Origin: Phoronis australis
Lineage: Eukaryota; Animalia; Phoronida
DNA: 64,000 nt
Assembly (NCBI GenBank): GCA_002633005.1
Contig: NMRA01001044.1
Span: forward strand, 1-64,000
Direction: 5' to 3'
A model generated the notes under the pieces. The model was not told the DNA's origin. It saw only the letters and a list, made by a program, of their open reading frames with translations, and ran no database searches. Below, piece by piece: positions 47,745 through 61,424 of this stretch. The first letter of the stretch is position 1. Each line of letters starts with the position of its first letter. The translations under genes and the position numbers were made by a program.

Positions 47745-48357
47745 CTGAAAAAGAAAATTTACTTCACTGTAACGCAGCTCAATACCGTGTGGCAAAGACT
47801 GTAAGTTAAAGTGCATCGTTTTTTGTTGAGAAAGGTGATCATGTTTCACTTACAAACATTAAAGACACATAACAGCATGGCGTGGGACGTGGTTACCATA
47901 GCAAACCAGGCATCAAGCAGTGAAAGCGTGTAGAAATTTCATTCCTATGGCCAATTATATCTTGCTGCTGCGAAAAGAAATTATTTTCAGCAAACTGGCC
48001 ATATAATCGTTTTAAGTTATCGATTATAATTGAATGTAATTTAATTTTTTAAACATGGTTAGGCAAAACATTATTGGACAGGGAGTCAGAAGAACTGCAA
48101 TCTCATCTCACTGGAGAGAGTTCTATACTTATTCCTTGCGAGAAAGGCATGATCTTGCAATATTTTGCATGACCAAGTGAGTGTTTTGTAAGTATGCCTA
48201 GTAGCTTTCTAGCCCGTCCTAACAAAATGGTTGCCATTGAAGTGATTGTTTGTCGAGCTTGAAGTGCTGAATTATGGGGCTAAATCCAGTGTATCTGTTA
48301 CACAAGTGAAGATTTTTTGCCAGAAGTGCAAGATAACATCTTGGGGTCTAAAGACTT

Positions 48358-48515
48358 TATTCACGCAGTCGCCATTTTAGTAGTGAGCCTCTTTTTAGGT
48401 TTAAAAAATAAAGCATTTGAGACATGAATGTAACAAGGCACTTCATTTAAGCGCAAATGCATTGTGTTTAAAACCTAAAAAGAGGCTCACTACTTAAATG
48501 GCGATTGCGTGAATA
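48358..48515. mobile_element. Palindromic MITE (~157 bp)
   Basis: TATTCACGCAGTCGCCATTTTAGTAGTGAGCCTCTTTTTAGGTTT ... AAACCTAAAAAGAGGCTCACTACTTAAATGGCGATTGCGTGAATA near-perfect hairpin. Confidence 0.8.
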
Positions 48516-51500
48516 CGATGTAAAGAAATCAACTTAGCCTTACATTTGCAAATCTTAAAGATCATCAACAAATCAGACATGAAAAAACTTGTAAAAGTAC
48601 ATCAATTAAATAGGCATGAGCCAAATGATATCTGGCAGACAAGTTTTTACACTTCTAATAAGTGCAAAATCTTGCATAAAACTAATTCTATTTCAAAAAG
48701 GGAATTTCTATTCCAGTACCTTTTTGGGGTTGACTGCAGATTATGGAAATTTTGATGCAGAAATCAGGCAAAATGGGTGATTTTGCTGCCAAATCTTGTG
48801 ATTTTAGAGGGAACATTCTCTCAATGTGCACATGTAGGTAGTCAAAAGCTACATTTCAGTTTTGGCCTCCACTTGAAGCAGTTCAATCATCTCATATCGA
48901 GTTAAAGGTGGCCATGACCAAGGATCATTTCTGCACATCGTGACCATTCAGTGAGCCATGTAGAGGTTGAGCCAAGTTCATTTCCACTATCTCCGAATGA
49001 TAAAGCTAGGGCAAGACCACGGCCAAAGAATATTCTCTGCACTCTCAGAGACTACTCAGTGAAGTAGTTGTAAGAGTTGAATCATGGATTATATATTTCC
49101 TCAGACTACTCATAAAATCATTGGATCATGATCAGGGAATATTCTCTGTACTCTGTAACCTCCATGAGGTCATCAAGTAAAAGATCTTCTGGTTTTGGAA
49201 AAGCATTGTGAAAAATTAAACATGAGATACTCTGCAGTATTTTCAAAATACAGTTTACTTTGCAAAGATTGCTTCTGACTGAAGCTTAGGTGATGCTGTT
49301 ATATTAAAAGGATACTATATCTTGATTTATCACTTGCGTAAATACTTAAAAACTCACTATTCTCCCCATTAGTGGTATTCTTAGTTGCATGAGAATGCTG
49401 GGATAGCGCTTTTCTCATGTGGGGAAAATTTAGCGGGTATATCACTAGCAATAACTGCGTTATTTGATACGCCGTGGAAATCCTCACTTCACGCAAGTGC
49501 GTTGCAAGCCACTTTTCCGGTGGAGTTGTAAAAAAATGAGGACTGAAAAATCTACACACTTGATATTTTTTGGAGGGAGTCTGAAGTGTTTGGAGGGCTG
49601 TACGGAACTAGGCGATACGAATCTTTTGATATGCAGAACATGTATAGTTACTCTTTTATTTTTTACGAAATTATGTTGAAAGGCAGATATTTTACGCATA
49701 ATTGTCGCGTTTCAATGGCCATTTCTCGGCAACTGCTCGACCAATTTTTATGATTTTTGCACCATTTTATCTCTCACACCAAGTGCTTTTCAAAAATGTA
49801 TGACACATGGGCTTAGTAAACTAAAAATTTAATGTCCTACCCTTGTCACAAAGCTGTGTACTAAATTTACAGCTTTGCGCCGATATGGATAAAAAGCTGA
49901 CCAGATAAAATCTGACACAAAATTAGTGTCATTAAAAACTACAACCTTCCTTGAGTACACTAAATTATTTACCGGTCTGGGAAAAATTGGCATCATCTTC
50001 AGTTATGCTGTAGCTAAAGTTGTGGAGCGATCTGATGCATCGGCTTTCGGAGCAATAAAATATTGCGTCATCTATTGGGCAGTTTCTTTTTTCGCCGATT
50101 CTTCATTCAACTGTTCTTTTTCCACGAGGTTGCGTACATGTCACCACAATTTTTGGAACTGGTTTTATTTCGTTACAAGTTTTCAGTATTTTAATATCAG
50201 CAAACCGAATTACACAACAAATTTTCTGGTGTTGGGAATGTCGCAGAATTTTAGTAAATGGCGCGTGCGTGTGTCACGAGCGTACTGTTTACAAAATGAC
50301 AACATACTTTTCATTGTTACAAAAGGTGGAGAGTTACGCAAGAAAGTGACGTTTGTTGCATTGTTTTTCACTTAAACAGCTGTAACGATAGTAGGCAAGA
50401 TGTAGTCCCTCGGTTGGCCGGTTAGGGCTACAATACTTTCCATGATCGCTTTCTGTACGAACTTCGTCCTGTGTATTTTAAGCCTGTGGTTCACCAAAAC
50501 CAGTCACCGATTGAGAGGTTACACTTTTTCAAAAATACATTCTACACCTAAAACTATGACTTAAAAATTAAGCGCTAACTTTATTCAGTGTTTCTTTCTA
50601 CTTCTACACATGTCTGTGATGAAGTCTAGCTACGACGTTTGAGGTAACTTTGGCGAGGAATTCCAACTCCACTTTTTGGTCATCGTTAACTTTTTCACCA
50701 CGCGCGCGATAACCACAAAGTATCAAATTATTTTACGTGAGTTAGGCAAAGGTTAACGCGAGACTGAGCAAAGCGTGTGACGCTGGCTGGCGTGACACTT
50801 GCAAAATAGCATGGGAAGGTATCAGGTGAAATTTGTAAGATTTGTGTCCCTTGGACTTCTTAATCGTCAACTTGCGTGATTTCATGTAACTTCCTCAAAA
50901 TGTCGCTACGGGGCACACCGGTAGTCGGAGAGGTCGTCATCTGTCGTCAGCTTGATAGAAACACATCTGCCAAATCTCATCAAGATCCTGTGAGAGGTTT
51001 GGGAGATACAGCTGCGAAGCCAGATGCCCAGAGATGACTTCAATATGCACATAAAATTAGTTTTGGAATAAGTTTTGAAACCTACTCTTAACCATGGAAA
51101 GATGAAGATCCAAACTGCCCAAACCTGTGTACTTGAAATGTTTATTTATCACTGCTAAGATGAATGGTTGAAGATGATATCAACATTCCATGGCCTAAAG
51201 CTTTAGCCTAATTTTAAACAAGGGTCACTCTCCAGTTGTGTCATGGAAACCTAGGCTTGCAGTTGAGTTTGTGTACAGTGTGTAGACAGCTGTGTTGTGT
51301 GTTCTGACAAGTTATGGAAAGTTCTAAAATTTTCAAGGAAGGGTTAGCTGCTCTAAAACTTTTAAACGTTCTTGACATTTCTATAACCAGTTCACTTTTA
51401 ACTCATCTTTGAAAAAATAAAAAAAAATAATTTTCTTGTGGATTTAAAGGTTTGATTTGACAATAAAAGTGAAAGTTCTCTGAGGAGAGACACTTGGTGA

Positions 51501-52509
51501 AATCCAAAGAATATTTGGAGGTGAGGTAGACAATAAAACCAAGAGCACCAACAACCATGATCCAATGTAACAGTAACATGCAAACAAATCTTATTTTATC
51601 CAACTTTATATTAATTCATATCAACCATTCCCAGGACTTCATATGAATGGTACATGATATAAATTGTTCATAAAAATTCACAATTTTAATGCATGATTGA
51701 TATAATTTTCATGTAGTTTTTCACCAGTTAGGATAATTAAGTTATGTAATTTCTTATCACTTATCAACCATGATAAATGATAAAAACGTTTTCCATGAAT
51801 AATGATAATTTGTCATCAGCCTGATATGAATCGTCAACCAAACTGGGGGTTTTCCCATCATTGCATTGAGATCGATAATGGAATTGATAGCCAGGCGTAA
51901 TAAACATACCAGCAATTAATTTTGCTCAGAATTGAAAGATATTTCCATTACAAATGTGACTGAATACTGAAATTAATTATTTCTTGTTAAATGAAATCTA
52001 ATACTTATATACTATTATTAAATTTCAACATTAAGTTCAATGTCCAGTCTTACCTATTCAGCTGTTCTTAGTTCTGGAGTTACAAGCAGTTTGAAAAGAC
52101 CGGGCTTTAGAGTTCAAGTTCGTAACCATGACAACTAATTGATAAAGCATGTTAAAGATAAACATTTCAAGCCAGTTTCAGAACATTAATATTGAGTTAG
52201 CAGACAACACTATAAACAGCAACTGTCACAATCTGTCTGACTGGTTTCATGAAGCTATTTGGTGAGCATTGTTTTCAACTGGCATTCGCATTTAGTTGAA
52301 ACAGGTCCTAAAAAGTCTGGGACCTGTAGTTTCTTGAGATTCAAGTTATGAAATGAGGCAAGATAAAAATTTAATTTTAAAATCAGAATAACCATGCCAG
52401 TAGATACTTGACATTTAAAGCCAGTTAGCACTCAATACAATTACCAGACATAAAAAATAAATTTTTAAAGTACTTAATATTGTGATATGTCGAGATAATT
52501 TATCATTTA

Positions 52510-52863
52510 CTTGACTCGAAAACAGTAAAAATGGCCACTAGGTGGCGCAAAGTACCTCGAATCCGTCCGAAAACGGGAGGATGTCATCATCTCACTAATA
52601 GATAACTCCTAAATTTGATGAAAATCCACTGATATCCGAAGATACAAAGATAAGCGTAAAAAACTAAAATTGCCATTAGGGGGTTCAACGGTAGTCGTAG
52701 AGGTTCGAAATTCGTCACTGTCCGTCGTCAGCTTCATAGAAGCACATATGCCAAATCTCATCAAGATCCTGTTTGGGGTTTAGGAGACAGCTGCGGATGC
52801 CGGAAACCCAGACAGAAATGACGGCAATATACGACCACATATGAATATGTGGGCGCATAAAAA
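52510..52863 (-). mobile_element. HINE-family fragment retaining one terminus
   Basis: Repeat unit plus the CCACATATGAATATGTGGGCGCATAAAAA end, shared with ~59900-59928 and ~62742-62770. Confidence 0.72.
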
Positions 52864-53699
52864 GATGTGTCGCGTGACCAACTCAATACCAAATTGGTGT
52901 AAAACAAAAATCAAATTCAACAGGCTCACTGCTTTCAAAAAGTATATGCTGTGATGGGCTTGATATGCAGTATAGTTTTCTAGATATTTTGCTCAATTAC
53001 TTGTTGATAAGGTCTTCCATAACCTCAAATCGCAAACCCAGTTGGGAAACATTTTGCATTCCATTTCCAGGTTCATGCAATAGAAGGTTGATCAACCAGT
53101 CCTCCTAACTGGGGATGGCCAGTATTAACCAATGAGACAAATTTGGCTATCAAGTTTTTGTTCATTTCCACCCCTTGAGTTCCATGCAAGGCTAACATTA
53201 CAGTACAGGGAAACTCCAATTATTCAGACAACCATTAGGTTGAATCCTAAGGGGAAACCAACAACATTTGAATGATTTAAGGAATAGGTGAAAGTTCAAC
53301 CTGTAGTTGACAACAATAATTTGACGAAAATGGAACCATCATTTTCTTACTGAATACCAAATGAAAATTACCATTTCCATTATTGTTTGCTCATGTTTTC
53401 TGGTAGAACCCTGCATGTTTTGTTTTATGTGCTCAGTTACAAATGGTAAAACTATTGGTCTACAAATTCGATCCATTCCAGCTTGAAGTTTGCTCCTTTA
53501 ATTTATCTTGTAAGTGCCGAAGTTGAACAAACCATGTACTACTACACCTCTTATCTGACCCAGGGACATGAAACTTAAACTGCACAGATCCTTAAAATAG
53601 CAGTCACTGTTTATAAATTTTAAGTCAGTACCAGTGAACAACTCTAGCAAACAACCACTTCATCAGGCAACTTCAAACTGCTACATGGTGAGTTGAAAC

Positions 53700-54230
53700 C
53701 AGAGCATAAACAAAACCAGATGGATGAGGCTGATTCCACAGAGACATCACTCTTAGACATGCTTATCAGGCAACCTATCTTGTAGTATAGTGGGGAACCT
53801 ACACAGACATAAATTTGTGGCCATCAAGCTGGGGGATTATATTAGAGGTTAACAACTTTTATATTTACTAGCTGGTGCCCATGCCAAGCACAGGACTACA
53901 GGGCAAGATGTCAGAGTGAGTAGAAAACGCCTGGGTGACAACACTGAATTTTTTGAGGTGGAAATAATTAAATAGAAGCAATTACAAAAACAACTGGTCT
54001 TGGTAAAACTCATCACCATGAGTAGGACACGGAATGATAGTACGTAGAACTGCACAACAATGTGTTTCGAGTTCTCATTGGAATCACTTCAGGATTACGA
54101 ACAGTGCACACTTTGTGACCAGATCAGCCAGGATGGTGCCAGAATATGGGTTTGGGAGACAGATTTTCAATGCTTTTGAAGGCGAACAAAAAATAGCTAA
54201 GCAAGTTTCATGGCAAAAGTTTAAGTAATT
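53700..54230 (+). pseudogene. Possible very decayed tyrosine-recombinase (Crypton-like) remnant
   Basis: Weak motifs only: GLGK.. and FRITNSAHFVTR resemble the Crypton P(L/V)GxN and FTNHSxRxT segments. Many stops. Confidence 0.25.
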
Positions 54231-54658
54231 CCTGCATGCAGGGCCTAGATCTAGGGCCACACTAAGTTTTGATGTGATCGTCTGTTTGTCTCAGAGCCTT
54301 GGCAATTATAGAATTTTTCATATGGTAGTAATATGCTAGATACACCATAGGTGTGTTGATTTTGTGAGTGTATTTTGATTTATTCATTCATTATTACTGT
54401 TGTGAGTGGATTAAGTTAATCTTTGCATTGTGTATGGCCAGTATGTAGGATTTGTGACTATATGAATTGCCTGGCCTTTTAGCTGCTTTTGAAATTCATG
54501 CTCAAAGCGTATTAAATCATGTTCATCAACATGCTACTAAACAGTCGGACAAAAATACAGATTCTTATTTATTCATCAGAAAGAAATCGGAAATTCGGAA
54601 AACATAAAAATATTTACTTGCTTAATTTAACTGATTTTTTTGTAACTGGAACAGTTTA

Positions 54659-56500
54659 CTAGCACTCCTGCTAAAGTCCTGGATTCAAAAAACATGGAAA
54701 TTTCTAAAGTTTGTGTAAAAAATCGTACCAAGGACCACAAATTTTAGGCCTCTGTGAATGACTAATGTTTTTGATAAACGCATGAAATTGGAAAATTATA
54801 AATTGACTTGTTTGCAAAATTGTTGAGGATCCATGACCCACTATAATTTCAAAGTTCTTGTCCTATAATGATAAGGAAAAGTTTGAGGCCAATTTTATGA
54901 AAGATAAAGACCTAGTTTGATTTTTTTTATTCAGCAGTTGCAAAATATTATGAATGTCAATCTTTGTGGATACGTTTCTCAAACAAAAAAATCTTTATTG
55001 TATATAGGTCTTAAAGTTACATTGCTACCCTTGAAGTTAACTAATTCAACACATTGTTCATGTGCCTAACACGCGAGTTGTTTCAGACACCTTCAACCAA
55101 ATGTGTTTATTGGTCACTTTCATATCATTTGATTTTTACTGCTTAGTAGTCTTGAAAATTATTTTTCCTTTTAGACAGTAGATTTGCGCAAAGACTTGCG
55201 AAACCTGTGATTGGTCTGTGGCAGAAAAAAGGAGTTTTCTGATTTTCATGATCTTACCCATTAAAACAACAGAAACTTTAGAACTGAAAATATGGGAATT
55301 GTTTTAAAAAGGGATTATGATGGTTGGTATTTCTATTGCTTGAGAATAAATAAATGTCTGCTGTTATTTACAAATTTATGTTCTCGAAGAATACAACTGT
55401 TTCCACAAAAAGAAAACGAAAATCATGTGTTTCAGAACAGTAGTTTTGGTGTTTTAGTTGTATGGAGTAAAATTGTTCACTGCTTGATATTTCAGAAAAT
55501 ATTCACTACTTGCACACTTTGGTGGCACTGCAAAATTATTACTTGTTGGGCATTGTTGTTCATGGCACAATGACTCATTTTACCATCAATNTACTAGCAC
55601 TCCTGCAAAAGTCCTGGATTCTAAAAACATGGAAATTTCTAAAGTTTGTGTAAAAAATCGTACCAAGGAACAAAAATTTTATGCCTCTGTGAATGACTAA
55701 TGTTTTTGATAAACGCGTGAAATTGGAAAATTATAAATTGACTTGTTTGCAAAATTGTTGAGGTTTCATGACCCACTATAATTTCAAAGTTCTTGTCCTA
55801 TAATGATAAGGAAAAGTTTGAGGCCAATTTTATGAAAGATAAAGACCTAGTTTGATTTTTTTTATTCAGCAGTTGCAAAATATTATAAATGTCAATCTTT
55901 GTGGATACGTTTCTCAAACAAAAAAATCTTTCTTGCATATAGGTCTTAAAGTTGCATTGCTACCCTTGAAGTTAACTAATTCAACACATTGTTCATGTGC
56001 CTAACACGCAAATTATTTCAGACACCTTCAACCAAATGTGTTTATTGGTCACTTTCATATCATTTGATTTTTACTGCTTAGTAGTCTTGAAAATTATTTT
56101 TCCTTTTAGACAGTAGGAGATTTGCGCAAAGACTTGCGAAACCTGTGATTGGTCTGTGGCAGAAAAAAGGATTTTTCTGACTTTCATGATCTTACCCATT
56201 AAAACAACAGAAACTTTAGAACTGAAAATATGGGAATTGTTTTAAAAAAGGATTATGATGGTTGGTATTTCTATTGCTTGAGAATAAATAAATGTCTGCT
56301 GTTATTTACAAATTTATGTTCTCGAAGAATACAACTATTTCCACAAAAACAAAACGAAAATCATGTGTTCCAGAACAGTAGTTTTGGTGTTTTAGTTGTA
56401 TGGAGTAAAATTGTTCACTGCTTGATATTTCAGAAAATATTCACTACTTGCTACTTGTTGGGCATTGTTGTTCATGGCACAATGACTCATTTTACCACCA
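54659..56500. repeat. ~930-bp direct duplication across the N at 55591
   Basis: 54659-55590 is repeated at 55592-~56500 with scattered SNPs and indels. Confidence 0.93.
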
Positions 56501-57031
56501 ATTTTAACAATGCAAATTCGAGGGAGTGTGTATCCAAATATGCAGAACCATGTTAGTTTGGATGCAACACCTTGTTTTCAAGCATGATGGCAAATTCGTA
56601 CAAGTAAGTAATACAGGACTATTCCCTATGAACAAAGGCTAGTTAACACACTAACTTGAATCAGGAGTGGCCCAAGGGTTGTTTGTTATCAAAAGCAACT
56701 ATCTTGAAGTTTGAGTTGACAAATGGCCATGCATTTTATGTTAACTCCAACTATCTGCAATTTATTTTTAGTACATCACAGGTTTGGAATGATTCACTTG
56801 AATGTGTTACTTTTTTAATGTTATTAGCTTAATGGATCAGAAGGAAAACTTGTCAAGTGCTGACAGTCTTCATCTCATTTCTGTTTCAGGAGTAACAGAA
56901 ATATACGCTAAGATGCCATCAAGTACATTTTCCCTTTACAAAACTTTCCAACAGTCCATTTCTACTTTTGCGATGCATTGAGTAGTTAAGCTTAAAAAGT
57001 TGGGCTATAGCCGTGAGATTTTCAGTGTAAC

Positions 57032-57187
57032 CAGTGCTGTAGTGGTAAAATTAGAGGTACGTAGGTGCCCAAAGCCCACCGTATCACCTTGAGCACTGAT
57101 GGTAACTTAGGGTGTGTAGGCTCTCCGTCCAAATGCCAAAAGGTGATTGGCTGCGCCTATGTGCGCCTATGCCCCACTACAGCACTG
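57032..57187. mobile_element. hAT MITE with perfect 8-bp TSD
   Basis: AGTGTAAC|CAGTGCTGTAGTGG ... CCACTACAGCACTG|AGTGTAAC. Confidence 0.9.
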
Positions 57188-57288
57188 AGTGTAACCTTAT
57201 GATTAAATGTGTTTGAAAACTGATCAACTTGGCATTATTTTGTTATAAGCCCCATTCACATGTCTAACTGAGAAATCTGTGTATTGAT

Positions 57289-58580
57289 TGTGGCTTGCAA
57301 TGCACTTGCGCGAAGTGAGGATTTCCCTTAGCATAATTGCTTCATTTGATGTTTGCCATGCCGGTGATATACCCACTGAATTTGCCACATATGAGAATAG
57401 CCCTATTCCCAGCATTCTCATGCAAGTAAGTATATTGCTAATGGAGAGAATAGCGAGTTTTTGAGTATTTATGCTGGTACTAAAACAAGATATATAGCAT
57501 CCTTCTAATCTAAAAGCAACACCTAAGCTTCGATAAGAAGTAAAATGCATTTTAAAAATATTACAGTTATCTCATGTTTAATTTTTTATAATAATTTTCC
57601 AAAACCATAAAATAATACCCTTGTGGAGGTCACAGAGTGCAGAGAATATTCCCTGATCATGATCCAACAATTTTATGAGCAGACTGAGGAAATATACATC
57701 ATCCATCATTCAACTCTTACAAGTACTTCACTTAGTTGTGTCTGAGTGCAGAGAATATTCTTTGGCCATGATCAAGCCCTAGCTTTACCATTGTGAGATA
57801 ATGAAAATGTCCATCATTCAACCTTTACATGTCTCACAGAAGGGACAAGGTGTATAGGAATGGTCCCTGGTCATGGTTTTTAACACAATTTGAGATACTT
57901 GGAGGCCAAAATTGGAATGAGNGTGGCTTGCAATGCACTTGCGCGAAGTGAGGATTTCCCTTAGCATAATTGCTTCATTTGATGTTTGCCATGCCGGTGC
58001 TATACCCACTGAATTTGCCACATATGAGAAAAGCCCTATTCCCAGCATTCTCATGCAAGTAAGTATAGTGCTAATGGAGAAAATAGCGAGTTTTTGAGTA
58101 TTTATGCTGGTACTAAAACAAGATATAGCATCCTTTTAATCTAAAAGCAACACCTAAGCTTCGATAAGAAGCAACCTTTGCAAAGTAAAATGCATTTTAA
58201 AAATATTACAGGTATCTCATGTTTAATTTTTTATAATAATTTTCCAAAACCATAAAATAATACCCTTGTGGAGGTCACAGAGTGCAGAGAATATTCCCTG
58301 ATCATGATCCAACAATTTTATGAGCAGACTGAGGAAATATACATCATCCATCATTCAACTCTTACAAGTACTTCACTTAGTTGTCTCTGAATGCAGAGAA
58401 TATTCTTTGGCCATGATCAAGCCCTAGTTTTACAATTGTGAGATAATGAAAATGTCCATCATTCAACCTTTACATGTCTCACAGAAGGGCCAAGGTGTAT
58501 AGGAATGGTCCCTGGTCATGGTTTTTAACGATTTGAGATACTCGGTCTACTTCAAGTGGAGGCCAAAATTGGAATGAGCT
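57289..58580. repeat. ~630-bp direct duplication across the N at 57922
   Basis: 57289-57921 is repeated at 57923-~58580 with SNPs and small indels. Confidence 0.93.
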
Positions 58581-58760
58581 TTTGACTACCTACATGTGCA
58601 CAATGAGAGAATGTTCCCTCTCAAATCACAATATTGGGGAGCAAAATCACCCATTTTGCCTGATTTCTGCATCAAATTTCCATGATTTGATGTCAACCCC
58701 AAAGAGGTACTGGAATAGAAATTCCCTTTTCAAAATAGAATTAGTTACATATGAATTTTC

Positions 58761-59928
58761 AACAACAGCAATGCAGAGTGTTGAAATGTGCCCACAAATT
58801 CACTGGAAACGGTGTGCTTCCAAGGTGTATATTTTTATTTTAAAAATGGCCACTGGATGGTGCAAAATACTTTGAATCCATCAAAAAATGGGTAAATATC
58901 ACTGTTTTTAACAGAAAGCTATTTACTAAATTTTATGAAAATCCCTCAAGGAACTTGAGAGAAACAGCAAAACCGAAAAAAATGAAGTTGCCACTAAGAA
59001 GCAAAGCATTCACCGGATCTGTCTCAAAGTTATCGTCTTCTATTGTTAACTTCATATGGATACACTTGCTATTTAATAAAGATCCTGCAGAGTGGTTTGA
59101 TTGACGGAGGGACGTACGCCAAAAAACAGACTCAAAAATAACAAAAATGGCCGCTAAGTGGCACAAAAAATAGAATCCATCCAAGAACAGGAAGATAATG
59201 TCACCTCATGAATAGATGCCTATGTGCCAAATTTTACGGAAATCTGTTGAGGACCTTTGAAGATACAGAGCTAAATATAAAAAAATAAAATTGCCACTAA
59301 GGGGCACACCGGTAGTCCCATCTGTCTGAAGGTCGTTGTCATCCATTGTCAACTTCATATAAATACATTCGCTACATTTAATAAAGATCCCATTTAACAT
59401 TAAGGAGATAACCTATGGGCGCAAAAACAAACAAAACTGCCACTAGGACGCATCACAGTAGTTGAAGTCATCGGAAAATCGTCGTCAACCGTCCTCTTCA
59501 CAGCAAGAACATACATGCCAATTTTCAGTCATCCTTAAAGTGGTTTGATTGATAAATGGGTGGCTGCCAAAAATTGGACTCGAAAAAATAAAAATGACCA
59601 CTAGATGGCGCAGACTACATCCGAAAACAGGATGATAGTGTCATCTCATTGATAGATGCCTATGTGCCAAATTTCATGAAAATTGGTTGAGGACCTTGGA
59701 AGATACAGAGGCGAACGTAAAAAATTAAAATTGCCACTAGGGGGCGCAGCAGTATTCGGGTCAGTCCCAAACTTGTCGCCCTCTATCGTCAACCCCATAG
59801 GAACACACCTGCAAAATTTCAATGACAGCCTGCAAGGGTTTAGGAGATACAGCCACGGACGCCTGGACGCTCAAACAGAGATGACGGCGGCAACATACAC
59901 CCACATATAAATATGTGGGCGCATAAAA
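58761..59928 (-). mobile_element. Complete HINE/Helentron-associated element
   Basis: Both termini are present: AACAACAGCAATGCAGAGTGTTGAAATGTGCCCAC and CCCACATATAAATATGTGGGCGCATAAAA (subterminal IR ATGYGCCCAC/GTGGGCGCAT plus a terminal hairpin). About two internal repeat units and a GGAC-type microsatellite. Confidence 0.8.
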
Positions 59929-60579
59929 TCACAGAAAGCATTTTGGCATTAGATTACAACCTTCAAACAAAGCAACTATAAAGTCGCTTTTCACCATTAT
60001 GAAATTGGTCTCGGTCAAAATACGTGGAAAGAGTTGACAGTTCATAATTATTTGAGATCAGACTCTATAAGACTTAGTTGACTTGTCATGGTGTGTCATT
60101 TTATTCGTTGAGCGTGACCTCAAAAGTAACATATTTTCAGTATTTTACATGACCAAAATCACTTGTTATCAGCATAAGGAGCAACGTAAGAACAATTTTA
60201 GAGTGATTAGAGGTGTGAATCAAAATTATTTTCTTTGACTGACACAATGCATTATTTCATGCCACAAATTACATATAGGTACATAAAACAACAATAGGTC
60301 AATTGAAATTTTCGGATATAATAACATCCTTTGTCAACAGAGACAGAAATAAAGTAAAACTTTTCATTTCTGTCTCTGTTGACAAAGGAAGTTATTATTG
60401 TTTTATAATAATATCTGAATTCTACATTTTGTCGAACAATAGTATCATTGAGAGGATCTGGATCACCTTATTTAGTTTCAGATTTATTTTCTACATCACA
60501 AATTCCACCAATGTTCCAAAAATACAGTGAAGATGACACCTTCCACAATCATACAAAAACAGAATGTAACCAACCATAC

Positions 60580-60654
60580 CTCTTTGTCTCATTACTCTTG
60601 AAAGCTCAGAGAACCTCATGTCATAGCAAACACCAATTCCTACTTTGCAATAAG
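60580..60654 (-). CDS. NIT2: Omega-amidase NIT2-like exon with catalytic Cys
   Basis: ttatttcag|(P)YCKVGIGVCYDMRFSELSRVMRQR(G)|gtatgg, cf. NIT2 [26 protein letters not shown]. Confidence 0.9.
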
Positions 60655-60940
60655 CTGAAATAAGATTTAGTAAAATATTCAGTAGGCGACAAGGATTTTT
60701 TTAAATTTTTGAGGTTTCCATACAGTTAGAATAAATGTTTGATATCTTTTGAACTTAATCGACAGTCAGGTCACTTTGGCTATGATTCGGTTGAACATTT
60801 CTTAATTAAAAAACAAAACATTTGAAATGTAAATATAGCAAAGCTGCTCTCAATCAATACAAATAGCTGACTGAGTCATTAAATAAGATTTCATAACATA
60901 AAAAGTGAACTCTAAAGAAGTGACGCGCAGAATATCTTAC

Positions 60941-61034
60941 GTGTGTCAAAGGTGATTACTTCATTGCCAGGACTGAGAGTATCTGATTCTTTAAAGACCA
61001 TCCGTCCGGGAACGTTAATGTCAAACATGTGCAT
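60941..61034 (-). CDS. NIT2: NIT2-like exon
   Basis: [31 protein letters not shown]|gtaag, cf. [31 protein letters not shown]. Confidence 0.92.
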
Positions 61035-61194
61035 CTAAATGAACAAGACCAGTTCTTATCAAGTCAAGTTTTATAATTCATTTTAGTCGAATTTCAGTAA
61101 TGATGACCAAATTCACTACCCTTCAAATATAAAGACAAATTGTATACACCCAGCTTCAATTCACAAGACATTCTCAATTTATCACAAAAACAAT

Positions 61195-61323
61195 TTATTA
61201 AACAATTTAGACAAAAGATGAATTCTTGTTACAACAATTATTAAACAATTTAGACTAAAGATGAATTCTTGTTACAACAATTATTAAACAATTTAGACTA
61301 AAGATGAATTCTTGTTATAACAA
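61195..61323. repeat. 43-bp tandem repeat x3 in a NIT2 intron
   Basis: TTATTAAACAATTTAGAC(A/T)AAAGATGAATTCTTGTTA(C/T)AACAA three times. Confidence 0.92.
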
Positions 61324-61335
61324 TGCCATATAAAC

Positions 61336-61424
61336 CTTTCTGAACTTTGTAATTAATTCTCCCTGGTCATTAAACACGGCACATGTATTGTATAGCTTTC
61401 CATCTTCTTCCTCAGGAAATGTAC
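61336..61424 (-). CDS. NIT2: NIT2-like exon with catalytic Lys
   Basis: ttgcag|[30 protein letters not shown]|gtttat, cf. [30 protein letters not shown]. Confidence 0.92.

Noticed and set aside
49926-50375. 149-aa ORF as a protein-coding gene
   Set aside because: Non-ATG start, no domain motifs, and it lies in repeat-like sequence; likely a chance ORF, like most short ORFs in the track.
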